NCBI RefSeq assembly: GCF_009914755.1
Contig: NC_060934.1
Origin: the human T2T-CHM13v2.0 reference genome, Homo sapiens
Reading direction: 5' to 3' (one strand)
Length of the DNA stretch: 64,000 nt
Positions 13,136-28,260 of the stretch are shown here, one piece after another. The notes beneath the pieces are model-generated. The model saw only the letters and a program-made list of their open reading frames with translations, was not told the origin of the DNA and made no database searches. Position 1 is the stretch's first letter. Each line of letters starts with the position of its first letter. The position numbers and the translations under genes were made by a program.

Positions 13136-13886
13136 GCTCATCAGGGCCTAATGAACCCCTAGATATTCAGGGTTGCTTTTTAGGTTCTTTAGTAGAGAAT
13201 CAAGTGCTGACCTGCTAGCAGACTCATGACTATGGTCCATACCTGCATATGTGAAGGTTTACAGAAACATTGGGTATGGAGAACAGCCACTTCAGGGTTG
13301 ATATCCTAATTTTTAAAAGTAAAAATACCAAGTTCACATTTTCACTGGGCCTTTTTCCTCAAGAGAGCTCTGCAGACTCTCAGATCATATACAGTTGTAT
13401 GTGAGAAAGCAGAAAGAATCTCAGAGTAGGTAACTTTTGTATCATTTCTTTGCTCTGGGTCTATTTCTGGCAAAAGGGCATTTCATACAGGCTTTCACAG
13501 GAAAGGAAAATTGCCTTTCCATGATTTTTGGAGTTTTCCTTTTTAAGATCCTTGTCTCCTAAATGAAAAAAAGGTAAGTAAGATGTTTTAACATTCTTAT
13601 CCATTGCCCTTCAGTGCATACACATTTAGGATTGCTATGTTCTCACTGTCTAGTAATTTCTTTTTCTCTGAAGTGCACTATATGTGATATCAATATAGCT
13701 ACACTGTATTTTTTAATTAAGGTTTGCATGGTTTATTTTTTTTTCCTTTCTTTTACTGTCAACTTAGGTCATTATTTTTGTAATAGTTTTCCCATAAGCA
13801 GTATATAGTTGGATCATACTTTTTAATTTATTCTATAATTTCTGTCTTTTAATTGATGTATTTATACTATGTTCATTTAAAGACAG

Positions 13887-15795
13887 GGAAGTCCTAGACA
13901 GAACAACTGGGCAAGAGAAAGAAATAAAAGGCATCCAAATAGGAAAAGAAGTAAAATTCTCTCTCTATGCTGACAGTATGTTTCTGTACCTAAAAATCCC
14001 TGAAAACACCACCAAAAGGCTACTAGAAGTGATACATGATGTTTTAAGATTTCAGGATACAAAATAAATTTACAAAAATCAGTAGCATTTCTATACACCA
14101 ATAATTTCCAGGCTGAGAGTCAAATCAATAACACAATCCTATTTACAATAGCCACATAAAAAAATGAAATACCTAGGAATACAGCTAACAACGAGGTAAA
14201 AAAAAAATCTCTACAAGAAGAACTATAAAACACTACTGAAATAAATCAGAGACCACACAAATAAAAGGAAAAATATTCCATGCTCACAGATTGAAAGAAT
14301 CAATATCCTTAAAATGGCCATACAGCCCAAAGCAATTTACAGATTCAATGCTATTCCTATCAAACTACCAATGTCATTCTTCACAGAATTAGAAAAAACT
14401 ATTTAAAAATTCATATGAAACCAAGAAATAGCCTGAATAGACAAAGTAATCCTGATCAAAATGAACAAAGCCAGAGGCATACTACCTAACTTCAAACTGT
14501 ATTATAGGCTACAATAACCAAAACAGCATTGTCCTGGTACAAAAATAGACACATAGACAAATCTAACAGAATAGAAAACTCAGAAATAAAGCCATACGCT
14601 ATTAACCATCTGATCTTCAACAAGGTCAGGAAAAGTAGGCGATGGGCAAAGGACTCCCTGTTCCCTACATGGTGTTGAGATAACTGGCTAGCCACAACCA
14701 GCAGAATAAAACTTAACCCTTATTTCTACCATATACAAAAATTAACTCAAGATGGATTAAATATTTAAATATAAGACCTCAAATTGTGAAAATCCTAGAA
14801 GAAAATCTAGAAAATATTCTTCTCAACACCAGCCTTTGCAAAGAATTTTTGCAAGTCCCCAAAAGCAATTGCAACAAAAACATAAATTGACATGTGGGAC
14901 TTAATAAAAGTAAAGGCTTCTGCATAGAAGAAACTATAAACAGTGTAAACAGACAACCTTCCAGAATGGGAGAAAATATTCATAAACTAGGCATCCAACA
15001 AAGGTCTAAAATCCGACTCTGTAAGGAACTTAAAGAAGACATACACACAGCCAACAAACATATGAAAAAGTGATCGTCACTAATCATCAGATAAATGAAA
15101 ATCAAAACAACGAGATACCATCTCACACCAGTCAGAAGGGCTATTATTATAAAGACAAATTAAAAAAAAACAGATGCTGGTAAGGCTGTAGAGGAAAGGG
15201 AATGCTTATACACTATTGGTGGTAATGAAAATTAGTTCAACCACTCTGGACAGCAGTTTGGAGATTTCTCAAAGAACTTAATACAGAGCTACCCTTTGAC
15301 CCAGCAATCCCATTACTATTACCCAAGGGAAAACAGATCATTATACCAAAAAGACACATGTACTCATATGTTTATTGCCATACTATTCATAACAGCAAGA
15401 ACATGGATTCAATCTCGTCCATCAGTGGTTGACTGGATAAAGAAAATGTGGTATAATTATACCATGGAATATTGCACAGCCGTAATAAAGAATGAAATCA
15501 TGTCCTTTACAGCAACATGGATGGAGCTGGAGGCTATAATCCTAGTGAACAAATGCAAGAACAGAAAAGAAAACACCACATATTCTCATTTATAAGTGGG
15601 AGCTAAATATCCAGCACACATGGACATAATCATGGGAACAATAGACAATGTGGACCAATAGAGTGGGGAAGGAGGAGGGAATGGGTTGAAAAACTACTTA
15701 TTGGGCACTGTGCTCACTGCCTGGCTGCAATCTACCCATATAACAAACCTATACATGTATTCTTCTATCTAAATGAAAGCTGAAATCTTAAAAAA
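13887..15795 (+). mobile_element. 5'-truncated L1 (L1PA15/16-like): decayed ORF2 3' half and 3' UTR
   Basis: 'ggaagtcctagacaga..caagagaaagaaataaaaggcatccaaatagg' through the 3' UTR 'gggttgaaaaactacttattggg'; possible TSD aagacag at 13880-13886 and 15800-15806. Confidence 0.9.
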
Positions 15796-16054
15796 GACGA
15801 AGACAGATACATTAGGGTTAAGTTGTTAAGTCTTCCATTTTATTGTTTTATAGTTGTTTGCTCTGTTTCTCATTCCTTTGCCTCTGTTTCTTTCTTTCTC
15901 TCTCTTTGGTTACTTATTTTGATTTTTAGATCTTCATTTTAATTTATTGATGGTATTTCAAGAATACAAATTTGTATAGATTCCTTAATGGTTGATCCAG
16001 TTATGACACTGTCCACAGTCTACTGTTACCATTGAAGTGTTGTAACCCCTCTTT

Positions 16055-18234
16055 TTTTTTTATTATACTTTAAGTTCTGGGGTACATGTGCAGAATGTGC
16101 AGGTTTGTTACATAGGTATACATGTTCCATGGTGGTTTGCTGCACCCATCAACCCATCATCTACATTAGGTATTTCTTCTAATGCTATGCCGTCCCTAAC
16201 CCCCCACCCCCCTACAGGCCCTGGGGTATGATATTCCCCTCCCTGGGTCCATGTATTCTCATTGTTCAACTCCCACTTATAAGTGAGAACATAGGGTGTT
16301 TGATTTTATGTTCTAGTGTTAGTTGGCTGAGAATGATGGCTTCCAGCTTCACATATGTCCCTGCAAAGGACATGAACTCATCCTTTTTTATGGCTGCATA
16401 GTATTCCATGGTGTATATGTGCCTCATTTTCTTTATCCAGTCTATCATTGATGGGCATTGGAGTTGGTTCCAAGTCTTTGCTATTGTGAATAGTGCCACA
16501 ATAAACATACACGCAGATATGTCTTTGTAGTAGTCTGATTTATAATCCTTTGGTTATCTACCCAGTAATGAGATTGCTGGGTCAAATGGTATTTCTAGTT
16601 CTAGATACTTGAGGAATCACCGCACTGTCTTCCACAATGGTTGAACTAATTTACACTCACACCAACAGTGTAAAAGCGTTTCTATTTCTCCACATCCTCT
16701 CCAGCATCTGTTGTTTCCTGACTTTTTAATGATCAGCATTCTAACTGGTGTGAGATGGTATCTCATTGTGGTTTTGATTTGCATTTCTCTAATGACCAGT
16801 GATAATGAGCTTTTTTTCATATGTTTGTTGGCTGAATAAACGTCTTCTTTTGAGAAGTGTCTGTTCATATCCTTTGCCCACTTTTTGATGGGGTTGTTTT
16901 TTTCTTGTAAATTTAAGTTCTTTGTAGATTCTGGATATTAGCTCTTTGTCAGATGGATAGATTGCAGAAATTTTCTCCCATTCTGTAGGTTGCCTATTCA
17001 CACTGATGATAGTTTCCTTTGCTGTGCAGAAGCTCTTTAGTTTAATTAGATCACATTTGTCAATTTTGGCTTTTGTTGCCATTGCTTTTGGTGTTTTAGT
17101 CTTGAATTCTTTGCCCCAGCCTATGTCCCGAATGGTATTGCCTAGGTTTTCTCCTAGGGTTTTTAACAATTCAGGTTTTATGTTTCAGTCTTTAATCCAT
17201 CTTGAGTTAATTTTTGTATAAGGTATAAGGAAGGGGTTCAGTTTCAGCTTTCTGCATATGGCTAATCAGCTTTCCCAACACCATTTATTAAATAAGGAAT
17301 CCTTTCCCCATTGCTTGTTTTTGTCAGGTTCGTCGAAGATCAGATGGTTATACATGTGCAGTGTAATTTCTGAGGCCTCTCTTCTGTTTCATTGGTCTAT
17401 ATATCTGTTTTGGTACCAGTACCATGCTGTTTTGGTTACTGTAGCCTTGTAGTATAGTTTGAAGTCAGGTAGTGTGATGCCTACAGCTTTGTTCTTTTTG
17501 CTTAAGATTGCCTTGGCAATGCCAGCTTTTTTTTTTTGGTTCCATATGAAATTTCAAGTAGTTTTTTTTCTAATTCTGTTAAGATAGTCAATGGTAGCTT
17601 GTTGTAGATAGCATTGAGTCTATAAATTACTTATTTTCAGGATATTGATTCTTCCTATCCATGAGCATGGAATGTTATTCCATTTGTGTCCTCTCTTATT
17701 TCCTTGAGCAGTGGTTTGTAGTACTCCTTGAAGAGGTCCTTCACTCCCTTTTAAGTTGTATTCCTAGGTATTTTATTCTCTTTGTAGAAATTGTGAATAG
17801 GAGTTCACTCATGATTTGGCTGTTTGTCCATTATTGGTTTATAGGGATGCTTGTGATTTTTGCACATTGATTTTTGTATCCTGAGACTGTGCTGAAGCTG
17901 CTTATCAGGTTAAAGAGATGTTGGGCTGAGAAGATGGGGTTTTCTAAATATACAATCATGTAATCTGCAAACAGACAATTCGACTTCCTCCCTTCCTATT
18001 TGAATACCCTTTATTTCTTTCTTGCCTGATTGCCCTGGCCAGAACTTCCAATACTATATTGAATAAGTGTGGTGAGAGACGGCATCCTTGTCTTGTGCCA
18101 GTTTTTAAAGCGAATGCTGCCAGTTTTTGCCCTTCAGTATGATATTGGCTGTGAGTGTGTCATAAATAGCTCTTATTATTTTGAGATACGTTCCATCAAT
18201 ACCTAGTTTATTGACAGTTTTTAGCATGAAGGGA
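16055..18234 (-). mobile_element. 5'-truncated L1PA7-like
   Basis: antisense 3' UTR and ORF2 (ORF track shows [15 protein letters not shown]); TSD taacccctcttt at 16043-16054 and 18235-18246. Confidence 0.95.
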
Positions 18235-18699
18235 TAACCCCTCTTTCATTTAATTGCCTTGACTGTCCCAACTTTTAAAATGTAATTGTCATAGGTATTT
18301 CATTCACATACATCAAATACCTCATCAAATGATATTACAACATTCTCTTCAGCCATAAAATATGACTTAAGAAAATCACTAGGGAATGAATATTCTATTA
18401 TATTTACACCGATTTTTCACCTTTTTTCCTTCTAAATTTTCAAGCCTTCATTCCCATTATTTTTTGGGGTTTCTTTAGCCATTCTTTTAGACTATTTCTG
18501 CAGTGACAAAATCCATTACTTTACTGCCATCTCACAATGTCTTTATTTCCACTTATTCTTAAAAATATTTTCATTAAATATTGAATTTGTAGTTGACAGG
18601 TTTTTAAGACTTGAAAAATGATGACAGGGCAGGTAACAAGCCTCTTTAGCTCATAGGTTTTCAGAGTGAGAGAAACTGTACTCAATATGCTATACCTGA

Positions 18700-19378
18700 G
18701 GGCATATATTCAAAGAGCCTCATAGACATATTTTCCCAAATTTTGATAATGAGATTTTAGACATGGAGCTTATACCCTAGTGGGATAAGTCTTTGAGTGT
18801 CTTTATACGGGTGAGTATATTTTACATGTAAAAGGAATATGAATTAGTTTAGCCCGAGAATAGACTGTGTCAACTCATAATTCCCAAAGATAGCTTCAAA
18901 AATATGCTTTTCTACAATGTGATCTTTTCAGTCCATGAGTAAGAAGTGTTTCTTTCTGTATTTAACTAAATATGTGTAGGTCTCTGGCTGCTTTGACTAA
19001 GTAAATGAAATTAAATTTTAAAATGGTGGAGATTATTATGTACAAATTTTGAGCTTACCCCTTGCCTTGCTTAGCAGTTTCTGTTTTGGGCTATGGGAAA
19101 GCATCTGCCATATTATAAGTGTAAATGTTCTGGGATCAATGCACTGTGAGAAGTTGCAGTTATGTGAAGAACCCTTTTAGAACGAGACAACATGGAGAGA
19201 GAGAAAGACAGAGACATACAGAGACGGAGAGGGGGATACATCATGGAACAGAGTAGCTCAACTTCTAGATATACCCCAAGGAGAACCACTGAGTTTGTAC
19301 ACAGGAGTGTCAGGGATGATAATAATTTGCTATTTCAGTTTTGGAGTGCTTTTAAAATATAACAATAGATAGCCACAT
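18700..19378 (+). mobile_element. MaLR internal 3' end plus MLT1-type LTR
   Basis: 'ggtgagtatattttacatgt..gaatagactgtg' internal/LTR junction; 3' 'agttttggagtg..aacaatagatagccaca'. Confidence 0.55.
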
Positions 19379-19964
19379 CAAAAGGAAAGAGTATGTTATA
19401 AAACCCTCCCAGTAGCTTCTAATTAGCATCTGTTGCCTATTCTTCTTTTAATACTAATTTATCATAGACTTAAACAATTATATTTTAAAATCTGATGGTT
19501 CTATTATATTCACCACATGAAACTGCTGTTCATCTCATGCCCATAAATGAATAAACCGGTGATCAGCAAATCAGTAGATGCATTTGTAAAACTCACCTTT
19601 TATTTACTGCTATGTTTATTTATCCACCTTCATGAAAACTCTCAGAGTATCATTTAGCCATAGAGATGCAAGAGTAATCACATACATATTTTATCACTTT
19701 GTCAAGTTCAACAAATACTATTGTGATGTGCTAATGGCCTTTCATAAAGACAGAAACTATCATGAACTTTCAAACTTATAAATTCAAAGATTAAGCAATT
19801 ATATATTAGGAGGCTGGTTGTACTTGTTTCTAGAGATTTAAAGGATTAATGAGACACAGTGTTTCCTACTCTTGTTGAACTCACAATGTACTGATAAGGC
19901 TGCAAGAAAAATGTAAGTGAATTACTAAGAGTACTTGAGGCCAACCATGACATGAGATTCAGAA

Positions 19965-20178
19965 TATTTGACATTGAGAACTTACTGCATTTATTAGCAC
20001 ATTTAAAGTTCATAACTGTGCTGTGGATATCATACTATAATTATGCTTTCTTCAGCTGTGGAGGCTGTGAGCCGACACTCAGAGATATTGAATATGTTAC
20101 CCAAGGACCAACTGCTAATAAGTGGTGAGGGCAATATTCAAAACAGACAGTTCAAATTTCAGAGCTTATGCTCTTCCA
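19965..20178 (-). mobile_element. MIR
   Basis: 'ctcagagatattgaatatgttacccaagg..ctaataagtggtg..cagagcttatgctctt'. Confidence 0.7.
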
Positions 20179-20393
20179 AAAACCGTTTGTTTTTAATGTG
20201 ATAGTGGTGGTAGATGGGCATTAACTTTCATTTGAAATTCAGCCAGGGACTTTAAGCTCACACATTTTAAAGAACTACAGGACACACATATACACGTTAA
20301 CCACATACACGCATGTGAAACGCACACACACACAGGCAAATACAGCATACACCTCAAGTTTGAACCAAACTACAGCATTTTTCTGCAGAAATA

Positions 20394-21203
20394 CAGTAAT
20401 CCTCCCTTATCCTAAGTTTTGCTTTCTGTGGTTTCATTTACCCATGATCAAGTGTGGTCTGAAAATATTAAATGGAAAATTCCAGAAATAAACAATATAT
20501 GAGTGTTAAAGTGTGTGTCATTCTGAATAATGTGATGAAATCTTGTATGATCCTGCTCAATCCTGTCAGAAACATGTATCATTCCTTTTGTCCAGCCTTC
20601 CCACACTGTCCATCCTACTTGCTCATTAGTCACTTAGAAGTCATTTTGGCTACCAAATGGTATTGCAATGCTTGTATTCTAGTAGCCCTTATTTTACTTA
20701 ACATGTCCTCAAAGCACAAGACTAGTGATGGTGGCAATTCAGATATGCTAAAAAGAAGGCACAAAGTGCTTCTTCTAAGTGAAAAGGTGAAAGTTTTTGA
20801 CTTAATAAGAAAAGAAAAATAGTCATGTACCGAGGATGCTAAGATACGCAGTAAGAGCAAATCTGTCCTCGGTAGCAACTCTGCAGGGCATATGATAAAT
20901 CCAAGCATAGGCATTTTATCATGTGACCTCATCAGCATAAGAAGGGTGAGTACAGTACAATGAGAGATTTTGAAAGAGAGACTGTATTCATATGACTTTC
21001 ATTATAGTATATTGTTATAATAGTTCGATTTTATTAGTTATTAATCTTTTACTGTGCCTAATTTATAAGTTAAATTTTATAATAACTATTTATGTATTTA
21101 TGTATAGGCAAAAACATAGCATATATGGGATTTGGTACTATCTATGGTTTAAGACATCCACTGAGGTCTTGGAACACATCCCTTTAAGATAAAGGGAGAA
21201 TAT
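20394..21203 (+). mobile_element. MER44 (Tigger7 deletion derivative) retaining the transposase N-terminus
   Basis: TA then TIR 'cagtaatcctcccttatcc'; 'gaaaatattaaatggaaaattccagaaataaac'; peptide MSSKHKTSDGGNSDMLKRRHKVLLLSEKVKVFDLIRKEK resembles a Tigger/CENP-B HTH start. Confidence 0.88.
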
Positions 21204-21360
21204 TTATTTGTTTTGGTGCCTAATTCTGGACTTTGAGCTTAAAAGAAGCAAACTCTACTATCAATATCACTTCTGCATTGAACAGGGGAGAAGAGAGGAC
21301 TAACAAAAAAGAACAAATCAACTGTGTCACTCTTCAAATTCAGAAACAGAATCATGCACC

Positions 21361-21657
<297 letters not shown>

Positions 21658-22344
21658 AGAATAATGCACCTCTTATGAAAGACTTCACAGTTTAGAAAGT
21701 AACCTAAGTTATATGGAGAGTGAATGATCCCTGACAGTCCTGTAGTTCATTAGAGGATTTTCCTGTTACTTACCTATGATGGTGAATAGGGAATATTGAA
21801 TGATGATAGTGTCAGCTGAGTTCATTTTAGCAAGGTCAGGGTGATGGGTTTTTGGACTTGGGCTGTCTGGGAATGATCCATAGATCAGGGGGAATGTGTA
21901 ATTAACATTGATACTTCCAGAGTTCCAGCCATTCACCAGAGATTACCTTGAACTTAGTGATTTCTTCCCCCTAAGAGAAAAACCACCTTTTACAAGGAAT
22001 AAGCATTTTGCTCTTTTCTAGTGATAGGGGCATATAAGCTCTTGGGTCCCTGAGAAGAACAAAATAAACAACAGGCTAGTAGGGGAAAGGGGGAAAGAAA
22101 AAGGCTGGTCAGCTGCATCTCCTTGGGAATGTCAATTTTCTACATCTTAATTGTAAAATGAAGATGGTAGATGGCATTAATTCATGTTCATGCAATGTTG
22201 TTTAGGGATTACATATTTACGATATGTCAAAATCTGGGCTTAATATTGAAGATATAAAGGTTAAAAAACCCCACATATGACCCTTACCCTTGTGGAGGTG
22301 ACAGTGGGGGAGATGAACATCAATCAACATACCCGAGAAGATTG

Positions 22345-23100
22345 TTATATTTTGGGTTCCTAAAAAAGCAGGCTCTGAGATGGAGGTTAGTTTGCAGGTT
22401 TGTCTTGTGACCACTACTTGTAGGAAGGAATGAAGGATAGGAAGCAGACTGAACAAGAAGTTGGACTGTGTTATTGTATTAGCCCAATCTCACACTGGCA
22501 TAAAGAACTGCCCGAGACTGGGTCATTTATAAAGGAAAGAGGTTTAATTGACTCACAGTTCTGCATGGCTGGGGAGGCCTCAGGAAACTTACAATCATGG
22601 TGGAAGGCAAGGGGAAGCAAGACACCTGCCTCACAAGGTGGCAGGAGGGAGAATGAATGCAGGAGGAACTACAAACACTTATAAAAACATCAGATCTCGT
22701 GAGAACTCACTCATTACCATGAGAACAGCATGTGGGAAACTGCTCCCATGATTCAATTACTTTCACCTCATCTCTGCCTTGACAGGGTGGGTTATGGGGA
22801 TTACAATTCAAGATCAGATTTTGGGTGGGGACACAGCCAAACCATATCAATTATCAGCAAAGTTTGTTTAGTATCAACAAGACCTCAGTCATCCTTATGA
22901 AGAAGTCTGGTCTGAGACTGCCTTCAGAGTTTTTCTGAGTTGGGCCATGTAGTCTGGACTTTCTATCCCAGTTATTAGGTGCAGGCTGAACCAGTTAGCA
23001 AAGTGGTTCTCTTCAGTCAAAGTATACACAAATATGGCTGATATTTGAGGGATGTCAGGGAGTAATTTTAATCCTAAAGGAGGATCTGAGCAGTTCATCA
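22345..23100 (-). mobile_element. old ERVL/MaLR-class LTR interrupted by THE1
   Basis: 'ttgggttcctaaaaaagcaggctctgagatggagg'; continues after 22854. Confidence 0.5.
22475..22849 (-). mobile_element. THE1C/D-like MaLR solo LTR
   Basis: 'tgtattag..gagactggg..aaaggaaagaggtttaattgactcacagtt..ggggacacagccaaaccatatca'; 5-bp TSD (g/a)ttat. Confidence 0.92.
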
Positions 23101-23109
23101 GAGTCTATG

Positions 23110-23520
23110 AATAGATGTGCAATTACGAACTGTGATAGGCACTATGAAGAAGGATTGTCCACCGCCATGGATGTGGATAGCCAGAGGATCTGACCTAGTC
23201 TGAGAAGTCAAGGAAGTCTTTCCTGAGGAAGTCATAATTAAGTCAAGATTTGAAAAAACCTAGTGCACTTCAGGGATCAAAGAGAAAGAAAAATATTTAG
23301 AAGACAGAGAGCCTAGAATGTGGAGAAAGTGAGCATGAAGTCATTAGCAGAGGCGAGACCATACCAGGCTTTGCAATCCAAGTTGAGAATTTTATTGCAG
23401 AAGTGGCAGGAAGTCACTGAAATATTCAGCATGGCAATAAGGGGGGTGGGTGTTGTTGAGGGGAGGGTAAAATAATCAGATTTACAATTTACAAATACTG
23501 ATCTGGCTGCTGAGTTGAGG
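23110..23520 (-). mobile_element. L2 fragments
   Basis: 'agtcaaggaagtctttcctgaggaagt', 'atcagatttacaattt..atctggctgctg'. Confidence 0.6.
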
Positions 23521-23689
23521 GGTGGAATTCTGGAAGGCAGAGTTGTTCTCTAAAACCTCCATCTAACTCTAAGTTTCTACAAGCTTTATTTCATTACTGA
23601 CTTGAAAATGATCAGCTTGTCCCATAGAATATAGATTTCAAGGTGTGTAATATGGCTTTTGGGATACAATAAATGATGACTAAACATTT

Positions 23690-23885
23690 TATATGTATCA
23701 ACTAATAATTCTACACAACCCATGAGGTATGTACTATAAGGTCTCATTTCATGAATAAATATACACATTATGAAGTATCATTATTCCTATTTTATGGGTG
23801 GATATATTGAGCCCTAAAAAGGTTATGTATGTCATCTAACTTTATGCAGCTAGTCAGTAATTCAAGCCCAGACAGCTTCACACAG
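23690..23885 (-). mobile_element. MIR
   Basis: 'acaacccatgaggta..ctattttatgggtggatatattgag..gcagctagtcagt'. Confidence 0.6.
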
Positions 23886-24399
23886 ACTCCTTCAATCAGA
23901 CACAAAATGAAATAAAATATCATTTACATACATGTATTAGCAAATTATCATATACTTAATCAAGATTAACTAAAAAGCAGGCATTATCTGTTAAATGACA
24001 ATAAGACAAAACCTGTTCTTCAACGTAACAAATATTATGTATTGTATTTTAAATGTGATTTGTGGTATATTTTTAATGATGAACTCAATAAAACATTTTT
24101 TCAGCTAATATTCAAAATGCAAAACATGTAATTTTAAGGGGTTTAGGGCTTACATATTACTGTTGTATTATTTGGAATAAATAACCTCATCTACTATAGT
24201 AAACATATCCCTAAATCATTCTGTTTTAACTTAATAAAAATGCATTTATAACCCATAAGCCCCCGTGACCACGTTTCTCATTGTTATATGCCTTTCCAGA
24301 GCCCAGAGACTAAGATGTCTTCCTTTATCAGGCTGTACCCTCCTTTATGATCCTCTGCCGCATTCTCTACACTTGTCCAACAGAAAGAGCAAGGTGGGA

Positions 24400-24545
24400 G
24401 CAAAGTCATGGAAGTGGCCTGCATCACTTTGTCCACTTGCCATTGACCGGAACTTAGTCCCATGGTCATATCCAGTGGAAAGGATACTAAGGAACACATA
24501 ACTGTCAGCCCAAAAAGACAAGAAATGGATGTTGATGCCTGCATA
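24400..24545 (-). mobile_element. old MaLR/ERVL LTR fragment
   Basis: 'catggaagtggcctgcatcactttgtccacttgccattgaccggaacttagtcccatggtc'. Confidence 0.55.
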
Positions 24546-24791
24546 ACACAGTTTTCCATGAATATTAAAGATATTTACAAGTCAAAAAGTTTGGGTAATG
24601 TGCACCTACATTAAAGCAATAATTTTGTTCCTAATCCCATTTTATTTTTCTCTTGACACTCTTTGAGATATGGAAACGTTTAAATTTAACTTCTGTTTCA
24701 AAGTTTCATTTTGATTTTTTTTAATGTATTCTCCAGAACAACCACTAAATCCGTGGTCCAAACTATACCTAAAGTCCACAATGAAGAAATA

Positions 24792-25063
24792 ACAGTTAAA
24801 AATTTGTCCATTATTTCATTCACAAAGCTGATTTTTTCCCTTAATTTCAGTAGGATTTCTACTTTGCTTAAAGTCATGATCTAAAAATTGCTTAGAATAA
24901 GTTTCTGGATATGTAATGAAAATGCACAGTTAAGAATTTGTCCATTATTCAATTCACAAAGCTGATTTTTTTCTTTGATTTTAGTAGGATTTCTACTTTG
25001 CTTAAAATCATGATCTAAAAATTGTTTAGAATAAGTTCCTGGATATGTATGTAATGAAAATGC
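24792..25063. repeat. tandem duplication, two copies, 134-bp period
   Basis: copies start 'acagttaa' at 24792 and 24926. Confidence 0.95.
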
Positions 25064-25621
25064 ACCTATATGCTCCAAATCTAGGGTTCAGGAATCAACT
25101 ACAATATTACCATTGGTAATGTGGACAAAGATGAAGACAATGATGACAATTAGTAATCATGAGCAGTAAGCCTACAAAAATTATTACGGATTTCTTCAAA
25201 ATTGCTTCAGACTCTTCTAATACAGATTTTCTAATCCCTACATTATTGTAAGATGTACAGTAATTAACCGTATGACTTAAAAAATAATTGCCAAATATCC
25301 TCCACTCTGAACTACCTTTGGAGTCTCCTTTCTCAAGACAGTCATAAAGCATACTTGAGAGTGAACAGCATGGTCCAGGGCTTTAAAGTCACCTAAGTGA
25401 CAGCCAGTTAGTTGCAATCAGCACCACACAATCACAGCGTCCACAAGTTAACAAATGCATTTGTTTCTCAAATAGGAACACATTGAGCAGAAACTGAACT
25501 ACTTTTTCAAGTCTGAGCCTGAGTTGAGGTTTCAATCTGAGTTAATAATGATAAGAATGAATGAAAATAAAAGTGGTATAAAGTGGAGGGTGGTTAGCTC
25601 TGACAACAGAAAACAATTCTT

Positions 25622-27060
<1,439 letters not shown>

Positions 27061-27129
27061 TGAGCATAAACTGTTTCCATGATGTTCAACAGTAAAACCT
27101 CTAAGAATAATAAAAGAAAGAGAAGGTGT

Positions 27130-27905
27130 CATCATCATGTTCATCATCATTATCACCTTCATCAAAGCAAACATTTACTGCTTGACTACTGTGTGCAGGG
27201 CAATGTATTAAAACTTTACATGTATTGATTTGTGTAATTGTCATTGTAACCCTGAGATTTCATGAGTTATTATATTAGTCAGGACTCTTCCAATTTCAAT
27301 AAGGAAATTCCAAGTCAATGTAGCTTAATAGAGAAAAAGCAGAGAGAGAGAGAGCAGTTAGCAAATAATGAGAGATCAAGATACTGGGAAGGCAATATTC
27401 AAGCTATTATACTCAGAACACTTGTCTCACTCTTATGCGCGCTCTCTCTCTCTGTCTCCTTTTTGATCTGTCCTCATTCTCTTTCAAAAATATGACTCTT
27501 GTATGTGGCAGGGATAATAGACATCTACAGCTATAAGATATATGTACTCCTTCTTTCTCTAGCATAGAAGTGTCTAAAAAGAAAATTAACTTGCCTGGAG
27601 TCACATGTCCATTTTTTAATACCATAGGTAGTTTGGTGGAAGAATTTTTCTGATTGGTCGATTCTGGTTTCTATGGTTAACCTAAGTTAATTTATTGTTG
27701 GCCATGTCCAAATCATCTGGAGAAATATTAAAGAGGGCAGACAAAAAAATCCATGCTGTTCACAGCTAGGCTTTCCTATTTCACTACATTACATTAGAAG
27801 AAATTAAGCCCGGAGAGGTTAAAATAATTTTACTAATATAATTCATGTGTGTTAGGGTAGATTGATCCAGCTCTGACTGATTTCATGACTTATGATTTAT
27901 TACTA
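27130..27905 (-). mobile_element. MIR interrupted by an old MLT1-like LTR (~27268-27760)
   Basis: 'aacatttactgcttgactactgtgtgcagg'; LTR start 'tattagtcaggactctt'; MIR resumes 'gaagaaattaagcccggagaggttaa'. Confidence 0.5.
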
Positions 27906-28260
27906 AGCCAAATTACATTTCCAAAAAATGTCAGTTGGGCCAAAGTAGCAGCTGAACCTTCATGCTAGACATTTTCAATGAGACGGTGTACATTAACAAG
28001 CTTGAAGGAAACTTGTTTATTGTAGCTACATATTTTGAATCTTGACATCTAGTAAAGAAGGCTTAGACTTAAAGAAAATCAAGTTTAGGCTCGGTACAAG
28101 TCATTTCCATTCTGTGGGTATCTTTTTTCTCATATAAACCTCCTACCCAAATATATCATGTAGTTACATCAAGACTTAAATTATTGAACAAAGTATTTTG
28201 GAAAGCTTAATATGCCCTCATGACCACCGCCCCCCCCACCCCCGCCAAAAAAAGATAGTA

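Larger units (their letters stand above)
13590..18620 (-). mobile_element. ancient L1M host (pieces ~13590-13880, ~15807-16042, ~18247-18620) interrupted by two younger L1s
   Basis: antisense L1M ORF2 5'-region motifs ('tgatatcaatatagctacac', 'taagcagtatatagttggatc'); T-rich continuation between and after the inserts. Confidence 0.6.

Noticed and set aside
13547-13578. Micro-exon ending AAG|GTAAGT
   Set aside because: Good donor but only a weak acceptor and ~26 nt; indistinguishable from chance.
15296-17870. Cluster of 60-126 aa ORFs
   Set aside because: All are sense or antisense frames of decayed L1 ORF2 and 3' UTR.
20472-20822. Possible domesticated Tigger (TIGD-like) gene
   Set aside because: Only ~39 transposase-like residues precede a stop, inside a non-autonomous MER44.
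24792-25063. CRISPR-like or satellite array
   Set aside because: Two contiguous copies, no spacers, eukaryotic context.
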